Assembly (NCBI GenBank): GCA_965248355.1
Contig: OZ252098.1
Location: 1,854,423 to 1,918,422, forward strand
Direction: 5' to 3'
Length of the DNA: 64,000 bases
Source: Candidatus Latescibacterota bacterium
Lineage (GTDB): Bacteria; Latescibacterota; UBA2968; UBA8231
The position numbers and the translations under genes are program-made. The notes beneath the pieces are model-generated. The model was not told the origin of the DNA. It searched no databases and saw nothing but the letters and a program-made list of their open reading frames with translations. This document shows positions 16,020 through 25,823 of the stretch, piece by piece (position 1 is the stretch's first letter; each line of letters opens with the position of its first letter).

Positions 16020-17804
16020 TCAGTCCGAGTACTCCACCGGCCCGACGCTCTCCTCGATCCGCCGCCGCAGTCCCGCCAGCTCTTCCTGCACGCGGGAGGC
16101 GACCTCGGCCACGGGCACTTCTTCTCCCCGGCCCCGGCCGCCGCGGATCTTCACCTCCAGCGTCCCCTTCTTCAGACCGCGGTCACCGACGGTGACCCGC
16201 ACCGGGCAGCCCAGGAGGTCGGCGTCGTTGAACTTGACGCCGGGGTTCTCGGCTCGGTCGTCGTAGAGGACCTCGACGCCGGCCGATCTCAACTCCTCGT
16301 AGAGGGTCTCGGCAGCCGACCGGACCGGTCCCTCGGCCCTGGCCAGGGAGACGAGATGCACCTGGTACGGGGCCACGGTCACCGGCAGGGAGAGGCCGTC
16401 GTCGTCGTGGTGCTCCTCGGCGACGCAGGCCAGCAGCCGGCCCACGCCGATGCCGTAGGAGCCCATGATGACGGGACGCTCCCGGCCCTGCTCGTCGAGG
16501 AAGGAGGCGCCCAGGGCCTCGCTGTAGCGCGTGCCGAGCTGGAAGATGTTGCCCATCTCGACGCCGCGGACGATGCGCAGGGCGGCGCCGCACGCGCCGC
16601 AGGCGTGTCCCGCCCCGGCCAGGGCGATGTCGTCGACCACGGCGGCCTTCCAGTCGCGGCCGTGGTTGACGTTGCGCACGTGGTACCCGGCCTCGTTGGC
16701 GCCGGACACGAGGTTCGGCGACGAGGCCACGGAGTCGTCGGCCACCACCAGGGCGCTCTCGTCCAGCCCCATGGGCGAGGCGTACCCAGGCACCGCGCCG
16801 GCCGCGGCGATCTCCTCGTCGCGGGCCGGCCTCAGGGACAGGGCGCCGGCGGCGTTGGCCAGCTTGATCTCGTTGACCTCGAGGTCCCCGCGGATGACGG
16901 CGAGGACGAGCCGTTCCGCGGACTCGCCGCCGGCCTCGGCGGCCTTGAAGCGGCCCACCAGGAAGACCGCCTTCGCCGTGCGGCTCCCGGGGACGTCGAG
17001 GAAGGCGGCCAGCTCGGCGATGGTCGCCGCCCCCGGGGTGGCCACCCGCTCCAGGGCCGCCGGTTCCTCCTCGGCGGCCGCCGCCTTGGCGAAGCCGGCG
17101 ACCTCGGTGTTGGCCGCGTACCCGCAGGCGTCGCACAGGGCCAGGGTGTTCTCCCCCACCTCGTTGAGATACATGAACTCGTGGGCCGCGGAGCCGCCCA
17201 TCATGCCCACGTCGGAGCGCACCGCCCGCACCGGCAGGCCGCAGCGCCGGAAGATGTTGAAGTAGGCCTGGTAGTGGGCCCGGTACTGGGCCTCCAGCCC
17301 CTCCGGCGCGGCGTCGAGGGAGTAGGAGTCCTTCATGGTGAACTCGCGCACCCGCAGCAGGCCGGAGGTGGGCCGCGCCTCGTCGCGCCACTTGGTCTGG
17401 AAGTGATAGACCATGCAGGGCAGCTGCCGGTACGAGCGGATCTCCCGGCTGGCCAGGTCGGCGACGATCTCCTCGTGGGTGGTGGCCAGCACCATGTCGC
17501 GGCCGTGACGGTCCTGGAAGCGGGTCAGCGACTCGTCGTACTCCTCGTAGCGGCCCGAGGTCTTCCACACGTCCGCGGCGTGGACCACGGGCATCTTGAT
17601 CTCCTGGCCGCCGATGGCATCCATCTCGCGGCGGATGATCTCCTCGATCTTGCCGAGGGACCGCTGCGCCAGCGGCAGGTAGCTGAAGATGCCGCTGGCG
17701 AGCTGGCGGATGTACCCGGCCCGCAGCAACAGGATGTGGCTGGCCACCTGGGCGTCCGCCGGGGCCTCCCGCAGGGTCTGGCTGAACAGTCGGCTCATGC
17801 GCAT
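16020..17804 (-). CDS. proS: proline--tRNA ligase (bacterial type)
   Basis: MRMSRLFSQTLREAPADAQVASHILLLRAGYIRQLASGIFSYLPL...FQTKWRDEARPTSGLLRVREFTMKDSYS...GSYGIGVGRLLA is near-canonical ProS with class II aaRS motifs. Confidence 0.95.
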   Translation of the reverse strand: MRMSRLFSQTLREAPADAQVASHILLLRAGYIRQLASGIFSYLPLAQRSLGKIEEIIRREMDAIGGQEIKMPVVHAADVWKTSGRYEEYDESLTRFQDRHGRDMVLATTHEEIVADLASREIRSYRQLPCMVYHFQTKWRDEARPTSGLLRVREFTMKDSYSLDAAPEGLEAQYRAHYQAYFNIFRRCGLPVRAVRSDVGMMGGSAAHEFMYLNEVGENTLALCDACGYAANTEVAGFAKAAAAEEEPAALERVATPGAATIAELAAFLDVPGSRTAKAVFLVGRFKAAEAGGESAERLVLAVIRGDLEVNEIKLANAAGALSLRPARDEEIAAAGAVPGYASPMGLDESALVVADDSVASSPNLVSGANEAGYHVRNVNHGRDWKAAVVDDIALAGAGHACGACGAALRIVRGVEMGNIFQLGTRYSEALGASFLDEQGRERPVIMGSYGIGVGRLLACVAEEHHDDDGLSLPVTVAPYQVHLVSLARAEGPVRSAAETLYEELRSAGVEVLYDDRAENPGVKFNDADLLGCPVRVTVGDRGLKKGTLEVKIRGGRGRGEEVPVAEVASRVQEELAGLRRRIEESVGPVEYSD

Positions 17805-17820
17805 CGGTATCCGCTCTCCT

Positions 17821-18513
17821 TCATCTCTTGGCCGCTTCGTGTTTCACCATGGAGCCCATGGCCCGGTACATCGCCCACAGGGACAACCACACCCAGGCGC
17901 CGGCGATGGGGTACGCCAGCCACGGCAGGCCGAGGTACGCCGCCAGGATGCCGGCGTCGGTGCGCCCGGCGAACCACCACAGGTCGGTGCGGAAGTCGTG
18001 CAGGCTGTAGAGACAGAGCATCACCCCCAGCCACACGGCCCCGGCCGATCCCGACCGGGCCGAGTACACGGCCGTGCAGATCAGGACCAGGCCGCCGCCG
18101 ATCCCGAGGTAGAAGTCGAGCCCCCCCGCGGGCGTGAAGGCCAGGGTCATGCCCAGGGTCACGGCGCCCACGAGAAGCAGGCCCAGGCGCTGCAGCTGGG
18201 GCAGCACGCCGGACCAGATCAGGGCGGCGCCCACGAGGGCGGAGCCCAGGTACCCGGCCGACGCGATGACGACCGGCCAGCCGCCCCGGGAGAGGGTGTA
18301 GCCGTGCTCCCCCCAGGCGGTGCGCATCTCGAGAACCTCGCCGCCCGTGACCACCGCGGCGGCGGCGTGGCAGACCTCGTGGACCATGACCACGAAGACG
18401 CGGAAGGGCTTGATCCAGGCGGTATCCCACAGCAGCAGGGCGGCGGCGGCGCAGGCCAGGTGAAAGCGGAAACGCCACAGGATCCGGGCCCCGCGGCGGA
18501 CCCCGTTCCCCAC
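17821..18513 (-). CDS. M50-like membrane metallopeptidase (HExxH in a TM segment), ~230 aa; GTG start assumed
   Basis: Contains VFVVMVHEVCHAAAAVVTGG (HExxH) and several TM segments. The longer annotated ORF start overlaps thrS, so I chose GTG 18513 (GGAA 7-9 nt upstream), 5 nt downstream of the thrS stop. Confidence 0.55.
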   Translation of the reverse strand: MGNGVRRGARILWRFRFHLACAAAALLLWDTAWIKPFRVFVVMVHEVCHAAAAVVTGGEVLEMRTAWGEHGYTLSRGGWPVVIASAGYLGSALVGAALIWSGVLPQLQRLGLLLVGAVTLGMTLAFTPAGGLDFYLGIGGGLVLICTAVYSARSGSAGAVWLGVMLCLYSLHDFRTDLWWFAGRTDAGILAAYLGLPWLAYPIAGAWVWLSLWAMYRAMGSMVKHEAAKR

Positions 18514-18518
18514 CGGGG

Positions 18519-20474
18519 CTATTCCGGCGCCCGCGAGGCGATGCGGCCGGCGATCAGGGCCACCGCCTCGTCCACCGCCATGGGATCGAGGGTCTGCCCG
18601 CTGCGCAGGCGGAGGGCCGCTTGGCCGTCCTCCATCTCGCGGTCGCCGAGGACCAGCATGAAGGGCACCTTCTGCTTCTGCGCCGCGCGGATCCGGTAGT
18701 TCAGGCTCTGATCCTCGTGCAGCTCGGCGCGCACCCCGACCGCGGTCAGGGCGCCGCACATGCGGGCCCCGTACTCGGCGTGGCGCTCGGCGATGGGCAG
18801 CACCGCCGCCTGCACCGGCGCCAGCCACGGCGGGAAGGCGCCGGCGTAGTGCTCGATCAGGAAGCCGATCGTGCGCTCGTGAGTTCCCAACGTGGCGCGG
18901 TGGATGCAGATCGGCGTCTCCTCCCTGCCCTCGGCGCTGGTGTAGACCAGGCCGAAGCGGCCCGGCACCGCGAAGTCGACCTGGTTGGTGGCGATGGAGA
19001 ACTCGCGGCCGATGGCGCTCCAGACCTCGACGTCGATCTTGGGCCCGTAGAAGGCCGCCTCCCCGGCGACCTCGACGTGGTTGATGCCGCCGTTGGCCAG
19101 GGCGCGGCGCACCCTCTCCTCGGTCTCGAGCCAGAGCTCCGGCTCGCCCACGTATTTCCGGCCCAGCTCCTCCGGGTCGTGGGTGCTGAAACGCATCACG
19201 TACTTGTCGATGCCGAAAAGCTCGAAGTAGCCGAGGTACATGCGGCAGACGGCGAGGAACTCCTCCTCGAACTGGTCGAGGGTGCAGTAGATGTGGGCGT
19301 CGTTCATCTGCATGGAGCGCACCCGCATCAGCCCGAAAAGCTCCCCGGACTGCTCGTAGCGGTAGCAGGTGCCGTACTCGGCCAGGCGCAGGGGCAGGTC
19401 GCGGTAGCTGCGCGGAAGCGAGGCGAAGACCTTGTGGTGGTGGGGGCAGTTCATCGGCTTGAGGTAGTACTTCACCCCCTCCAGCTCCATGGGAGGGAAC
19501 ATCGACTCGGCGTAGTAGGGCAGGTGGCCGCTACGCACGAACATCGCGTCCTTGCAGATGTGGGGGGTGCGCACCTGCAGGTACCCGGCCTCGCGCTCCG
19601 TCTCCTTCGCCAGCCGTTCCAGCTCCTCGATCAGGATCGTCCCCTTCGGCTGCCACAGGGGCAGGCCCGGGCCCACCTCGTCGTCGAAGAAGAACAGCTC
19701 CAGCTCCCGCCCGAGGCGGCGGTGGTCCCGCTTCTTCGCCTCCTCCAGCATCTTCAGGTGGCGGTCGAGGGCCTCGCGGCTGGCGAAGGCGGTGCCGTAG
19801 ATGCGCTGCAGCATCTTGTTGCCCTCGTCGCCGCGCCAGTAGGCGCCGGCGACGCTGAGCAGCTTGTAGTGGCGGACCTGTCCCGTGCTCAGCACGTGGG
19901 GCCCGCGGCAGAGGTCGACGAAGTCGCCGTCGCGGTAGAAGGTGAGGGACTCGTCCGCCTCGAGGTCGTCGAGGATCTCCAGCTTGTAGGGCTCGTCCCG
20001 CAGGCGGCGGCGGGCCTCGTCGCGGCTCACCTCCTCGCGCTCGAAGCGGTGGTTCTGGCGGACCACCCGCTTCATCTCCTTCTCGATCCGCCCCAGGTCC
20101 TCGGCGCTGAAGGGCTCGGGCACGTCGAAGTCGTAGTAGAAGCCGTCGTCGATGGCCGGGCCGATGGCCAGCCGGGCCCCGGGGAAGAGCCGGCGGACGG
20201 CCTGGGCCAGCACGTGGGACAGGCTGTGACGGTAGACCCGGCCCGCCTCCTCGGCCTCCCAGGGGACGAGCTGGACCTCGGCGGAGGCCTCCAGCTCGGT
20301 ATGGAAGTCGATCCACTCGTCGTCCCGGCGGGCGGCCACGAACTCCCGCAGCAGCTTCCGGTCGTGCTCGAGGAGGATCTCCTTGAGGCGGCCTCCCCCC
20401 TCGTGCTCGAGCACCTCCTGTTCGCGGATCCGGATCCTCACACCTCGCTCCTGTCCGTCAAGAGAAAAGCCCAC
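18519..20474 (-). CDS. thrS: threonine--tRNA ligase
   Basis: Has the TGS-like N-terminus, HRDLG-like RDHRRLGRELELF, the class II core ...YLKPMNCPHH...RVRSMQMNDAHIY...FYGPKIDVEV, and a C-terminal anticodon-binding domain. Confidence 0.95.
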   Translation of the reverse strand: MGFSLDGQERGVRIRIREQEVLEHEGGGRLKEILLEHDRKLLREFVAARRDDEWIDFHTELEASAEVQLVPWEAEEAGRVYRHSLSHVLAQAVRRLFPGARLAIGPAIDDGFYYDFDVPEPFSAEDLGRIEKEMKRVVRQNHRFEREEVSRDEARRRLRDEPYKLEILDDLEADESLTFYRDGDFVDLCRGPHVLSTGQVRHYKLLSVAGAYWRGDEGNKMLQRIYGTAFASREALDRHLKMLEEAKKRDHRRLGRELELFFFDDEVGPGLPLWQPKGTILIEELERLAKETEREAGYLQVRTPHICKDAMFVRSGHLPYYAESMFPPMELEGVKYYLKPMNCPHHHKVFASLPRSYRDLPLRLAEYGTCYRYEQSGELFGLMRVRSMQMNDAHIYCTLDQFEEEFLAVCRMYLGYFELFGIDKYVMRFSTHDPEELGRKYVGEPELWLETEERVRRALANGGINHVEVAGEAAFYGPKIDVEVWSAIGREFSIATNQVDFAVPGRFGLVYTSAEGREETPICIHRATLGTHERTIGFLIEHYAGAFPPWLAPVQAAVLPIAERHAEYGARMCGALTAVGVRAELHEDQSLNYRIRAAQKQKVPFMLVLGDREMEDGQAALRLRSGQTLDPMAVDEAVALIAGRIASRAPE

Positions 20475-20675
20475 TGTCGGTCGGTATCGACAGCGGGCTC
20501 TCTCGGAAGTCTTCGGTCGGGAATCGCTTATCCCGGAGGGTCCACCGTCGAATGTCGGTCACGGGTACCCGTGACGGGCGAAGTCGTTCCGGGAGTGGAG
20601 GTCTCCCGGCGCGAGGGGCGCCCCGCCCGGCGACGGCTTTCATCGGCTCCCGGTAGCCGCCCTTCCCGAGGAATG
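20475..20675 (-). promoter_or_regulatory. structured ~200-nt 5' leader of thrS with several strong hairpins
   Basis: Perfect palindrome gtcacgggtacccgtgac (about 20552-20569), cccactgtcggtcggtatcgacagcggg (about 20471-20498), and the GC-rich palindrome ggggcgcccc (about 20607-20616). It lies between MOSC and thrS on the same strand. Confidence 0.3.
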
Positions 20676-21139
20676 TCAAACCGGCCGCGGCGTCTCGACG
20701 ACGGCGATCGGGTCGCCTCGGCGGATGCGTCCGCTGCGCTCCACGGGGCCGAAGACACCGCCGCGCATCCGCGGGCTCAGGGCCTCCCGCAGGCCCACGG
20801 CCTGCAGTTCCATCTGGTCGCAGGGAACGGTCTCGCCGCGCACCAGCATCTCGGCGTCGCCGATGCGCAGCCTGCGGCCCACGAGGGAGCCCAGGTCGAG
20901 GCCGCGGACCACGAGATTGGCGCGCCTGGCCCGCGGCGGCAGGTCGGCGCCCATCCCTCCCATGGCCTCTTCCCAGGCCTCGACGGAGAGCAGGGTCACG
21001 GCCCTGGACGGGTTGCGGCGGTGATCTCCCGCCAGCCCCACGCCGGAGACGGCGATCGCCTCCTCGCACTCCCGGGCCGGCGCCCGGCGCTCCGGGTACA
21101 CGAGGATCTCCTCGACCCTCCCGGACGGCGGCGCCCCGC

Positions 21140-21143
<4 letters not shown>
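20676..21143 (-). CDS. MOSC-domain protein (~155 aa), GTG start overlapping upstream stop
   Basis: ...VEEILVYPERRAPARECEEAIAVSGVGLAGDHRRNPSRAVTLLSVEAWEEA...ANLVVRGLDLGSLVGRRLRIGDAEMLVRGETVPCDQME has the MOSC pattern, including the conserved Cys. GTG 21143-21141 overlaps the TGA of the upstream TPP-enzyme gene (GTGA). Confidence 0.65.
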
Positions 21144-22774
<1,631 letters not shown>

Positions 22775-22865
22775 GCCTCTCCTCGGATAAGCCGTTCTCC
22801 GTCGGGCCGGCATCTCACCGCGGACCGGCCCTTCTCCCCCGGGCGCTCACCAGCCGGCGAGTCCA

Positions 22866-24389
22866 TCATCCATCGATCCCCACCAGCGCTGCCAGGAGTT
22901 GCCGCGCCTGGGGCCGGGAGAGCCCCGCCTCGCGGGCGGCCCCGCGCAGCAGCTCCTCGGAGGTGGCCGTGCGCCGCTCCTCGAAGAGCCTGCGGCCCCG
23001 GGCGCTCAGGGCGCGCGCGAAGAGACCCACCGCCCCGGCCTCGAGATCCAGCCTCCCGGCGGCCCGGGCGTACCAGGCCAGGGCGCTCTCGTCCTCCCGT
23101 TCTTCCAGGTGCTTCAGCAGGTCCACGAGGAACCGCCGCGCCTGGATGCGGCCTCCCCCGGCGGCGTCGGCCATGTCGACGACGAAGATGTCGACCCGCA
23201 CGCTGAGCTTGTCGACGACGATGCGCCGCAGGTGGCGGCGCAGCACGATGCAGTAGGAATCGACCTGGGCCTCCGAGAGGCGGCTGTCCCGCTCCAGCCG
23301 GCGGATCCAGTCGGGGGCCCGGGTGGCGGCCCGGCGGGCGAGGAGCTGGCGGTTCAGGCGCGCCCTCAGGGAGCCCTGCCCGCGGTCCTGGCCGCCGGCG
23401 GAGGCGACGGTCCCGTCGCCGCTCGACGCCGCGGCGGCGGGGGCGCCGGGCGCCGGGGCCGTGGCCGCCGCGATGCCCGGGGAGGGCTCGGTCGGCGGCC
23501 CGGTGGAGGGCGTCGTGGAAGCCGGGGCCGCCGGCGGCGAGTCGGCCGCCGCCGCATCGGCCCGGCGCGAGCGTTCGATGGCCCGCTGAAGGCGCGCGTC
23601 GGGGGCCGCCTCGGCCACCCTCACGGTCCGGTCCTTGACCTTCTGCTCGGGCTCCGGCCTGGGGCGCAGCCCCTCCGGCCGCCCCTTCAGCACCAGATGG
23701 CCCTGCCACCAGATCCAGCGGCCTCGGCCGCTGCGGATCTTGCCGCCCACCGGCTGGCCAGGCTGGTCGGAGTCGACGAACAGGAAGAGGGCGTCGAACT
23801 CGTCCCCGGGCTGCGGGTAGGCATCGAGCCACGTCCAGGGCAGGGCCACCTCGAAGGTGCGCGCCCGGCCCCGGGTGCGCCCGGCCACCTCCACCGGAGG
23901 GCGCTCCACCGGCAACCGGCGCTGGCGCCCGCCCCACCAGTAGGGCCGGGACCCGCCGCCCTCCGGACCGTCGCCGGCCGGGGGGGCGAACCACAGGTTG
24001 TAGCCGGCGTCGGCCCCGGGCTCGCGGACGAAGAGCTTCATGTGATCGTAGTAGAACATGCGGTCCTTGCGCTCGCCGGAGGGCCCGTGCCACTCGCGCC
24101 GGCCGGGCGGGATCCACCCGGCGTCGAGGGTGTCGTCGTGGACGGCCGCCGCCACGTAGAGATAGCGGGCGTCCCACTGCACGAGGACGACCGCCTCGTG
24201 GTCGAGAGCGTCCGGGAACACCCCGCGAAGCCCGACCCCGTCGGCGGCGGGCTCCACCGGGATCCAGGCGGCCTCCCCCCACTCGCGCAGATCGCCGTCG
24301 AGGGTCACCGGACGCGACGGCAGGGGCACCTCCACGGCCGCCGCCGGCCCCGCCAGCAGCAGGGCGAAGAGGGCGCTGAAGCGGCTCAG
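22866..24389 (-). CDS. secreted protein with CBM9/DOMON-like domain, Pro/Ala/Thr-rich linker and a C-terminal helical domain; start codon uncertain (CTG 24389 or upstream)
   Basis: Signal-like LSRFSALFALLLAGPAAAVEV, then ...VTLDGDLREWGEAAWIPV...VLVQWDARYLYVAAAVHDD...TFEVALPWTWL (CBM9-like). The low-complexity stretch is AAAADSPPAAPASTTPSTGPPTEPSPGIAAATAPAPGAPAAAASSG. No ATG/GTG/TTG lies immediately before the signal. The CTG overlaps the dCMP-deaminase stop (CTGA) with GGGAGG 7 nt upstream. Confidence 0.5.
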   Translation of the reverse strand: MSRFSALFALLLAGPAAAVEVPLPSRPVTLDGDLREWGEAAWIPVEPAADGVGLRGVFPDALDHEAVVLVQWDARYLYVAAAVHDDTLDAGWIPPGRREWHGPSGERKDRMFYYDHMKLFVREPGADAGYNLWFAPPAGDGPEGGGSRPYWWGGRQRRLPVERPPVEVAGRTRGRARTFEVALPWTWLDAYPQPGDEFDALFLFVDSDQPGQPVGGKIRSGRGRWIWWQGHLVLKGRPEGLRPRPEPEQKVKDRTVRVAEAAPDARLQRAIERSRRADAAAADSPPAAPASTTPSTGPPTEPSPGIAAATAPAPGAPAAAASSGDGTVASAGGQDRGQGSLRARLNRQLLARRAATRAPDWIRRLERDSRLSEAQVDSYCIVLRRHLRRIVVDKLSVRVDIFVVDMADAAGGGRIQARRFLVDLLKHLEEREDESALAWYARAAGRLDLEAGAVGLFARALSARGRRLFEERRTATSEELLRGAAREAGLSRPQARQLLAALVGIDG

Positions 24390-24916
24390 CCTCCGGCCTC
24401 CCGCCTGCGCGAGACCGCCCAGGTCTCGTCGTGGTCGACCAGGTCCACCTGGTGCACGCCGCCGGGGAACCACGACTGCAGGTCCAGGTAGCCCTGCTGC
24501 ATCTCCTCGTCCGGATAGACCCAGTCGTGCAGGTAGTGGACGGCGGAGATCCGCGCCTGCAGCAGCTCCTTGGTGCAGCCGAAGCAGGGGCGCATGGTGG
24601 AGTACAGGACCGCCCCTTCGGTGGCGATGCCGAAGCGCGCCGCCGTGAGCAGGGCGTTCTGCTCGGCGTGGACGCAGATGCAGATGTCGTAGGCCCGCCC
24701 CGAGACGTAGCGCTCGCGGTCGGCGCACCGGGCGCACCCCCCCTGGGTGCAGTTGGTCATGTTCGCCGGCGTGCCGTTGTACCCGGTGGAGATGATGCGG
24801 TCCTCCAGCACCATGACCGCCCCGATGCGGTTGCCGAGACAGTCGGCGCGGGCTCTCACGGCCATGGCGATGCCCATGTAGTAGTCGCCCCGCTCCGGAC
24901 GGACGTGGGCGTTCAC
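24386..24916 (-). CDS. dCMP/cytidine deaminase family zinc enzyme (ComEB-like)
   Basis: DYYMGIAMAVRARADC...HAEQNAL...PCFGCTKELLQARI has the H(A/C)E...PC..C zinc-binding signature of CDA-fold deaminases. Confidence 0.85.
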   Translation of the reverse strand: MNAHVRPERGDYYMGIAMAVRARADCLGNRIGAVMVLEDRIISTGYNGTPANMTNCTQGGCARCADRERYVSGRAYDICICVHAEQNALLTAARFGIATEGAVLYSTMRPCFGCTKELLQARISAVHYLHDWVYPDEEMQQGYLDLQSWFPGGVHQVDLVDHDETWAVSRRREAGG

Positions 24917-25027
24917 GGCAGGCCGTCCGGCGGGCTCATTTGCCGCCGGTCCGGCCCGGTCGGATACTTAGCGCCAGCCTCTCTCACCCTTGTCTCACCC
25001 CTCGTCGCCTCGTGCGAAGGAGGTGCC

Positions 25028-25159
25028 GTTGAACCCTCGCGAGCAGCGGATCATGGTCGCCATCGCCGCGGTGGCCGCCCTCTACTTCTTCGAATTCAAC
25101 GCCCTGTACCTGTTCGGCATCGCCGGCGTCATCTACATCATCCTGCGCAACCGCACCTG
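25028..25159 (+). CDS. small hydrophobic protein (43 aa), TTG start, not in ORF track
   Basis: A strong Shine-Dalgarno GAAGGAGGTG sits at 25013-25022, 5 nt before TTG 25028. The protein (M)NPREQRIMVAIAAVAALYFFEFNALYLFGIAGVIYIILRNRT* is a single predicted TM helix with a basic tail. An ATG at 25052 is an alternative start. Confidence 0.35.
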
Positions 25160-25188
25160 ACGGCGAAGCCCCCGGCGCCGTGTCCAAC

Positions 25189-25698
25189 CTAGACCTCGCC
25201 CCGCCGACGCGCTTCCAGATGCCGGCGGATGTCCGTCAGCCGTTTGCGTCCCAACCCCTTCACCTCGTCCAGGCCGCCGGCCTCCAGGCGCCGCTCCAGG
25301 GCCTCGAGCCCGTCGATGCCGAGGCCCAGGTACAGGGTGCGCGCCATCTTCGCGCCGAGGCCGGGGATGTCGCGAAGCTCGAGGACCGACTCGGGCACCC
25401 GCCCCTTCCAGTCCTCCCACTTGCCGCAGGTCCCGGTGTCGACGATCTCGGTGAGCAGCGCCTGGATCGTGGGTCCCACGCCGGGCAGCTCCTTCAGCCG
25501 GCCCTCGTGCCTCAGCCTCTCCACCGACTCGGGCCAGCGGCTGACGGTGTGCGACAGCCTCTTGTAGACCGTGGCGTGCGACTCCTCGTAGCCGCCGATG
25601 ACGAGGTAGTCGGCGAGGCGTGAGAGCCGGTCGGCGACGCGCTCGTTCAGCTCCCACCGTGTGCGCCCCTTCCCGTCCGTGTGCGAACGGTCCTCCAT
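25189..25698 (-). CDS. helix-hairpin-helix DNA-binding protein (PolX N-terminal-like), 169 aa
   Basis: MEDRSHTDGKGRTRWELNERVADRLSRLADYLVIGGYEESHATVYKRL...LKELPGVGPTIQALLTEIVDTGTC...LRDIPGLGAKMARTLY...GLDEVKGLGRKRLTDIRRHLE carries multiple HhH GxG motifs. The longer Arg-rich N-extension in the ORF track was rejected. Confidence 0.6.
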   Translation of the reverse strand: MEDRSHTDGKGRTRWELNERVADRLSRLADYLVIGGYEESHATVYKRLSHTVSRWPESVERLRHEGRLKELPGVGPTIQALLTEIVDTGTCGKWEDWKGRVPESVLELRDIPGLGAKMARTLYLGLGIDGLEALERRLEAGGLDEVKGLGRKRLTDIRRHLEARRRGEV

Positions 25699-25823
25699 GG
25701 GGCCGCTCACGCCCGGCCCCTCGGGATCCGGCGGCCCTCGAACGACTCCGACATGATCATCATCGGATCGAGAAGATACGCACTCCGGGTCCGGCCGGGA
25801 TACCCGATCGGGGTACCGGACGG

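Noticed and set aside
18514-18828. Long N-terminal extension of the M50-like peptidase ORF
   Set aside because: It overlaps thrS in another frame and is Arg/Gly/Pro-rich. A GTG at 18513 with a GGAA spacer fits better.
20475-20675. T-box riboswitch call for the thrS leader
   Set aside because: There is only a partial GGTGGACC resemblance to the T-box consensus, and no clear specifier loop or antiterminator could be assigned by eye. It is kept only as a generic structured leader.
24390-24737. Upstream extension of the secreted CBM9-like protein to the ORF-track start (24737)
   Set aside because: The extension is Arg/Pro-rich and overlaps the dCMP deaminase gene on the same strand in another frame. 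The signal-peptide-like segment begins at about 24389.
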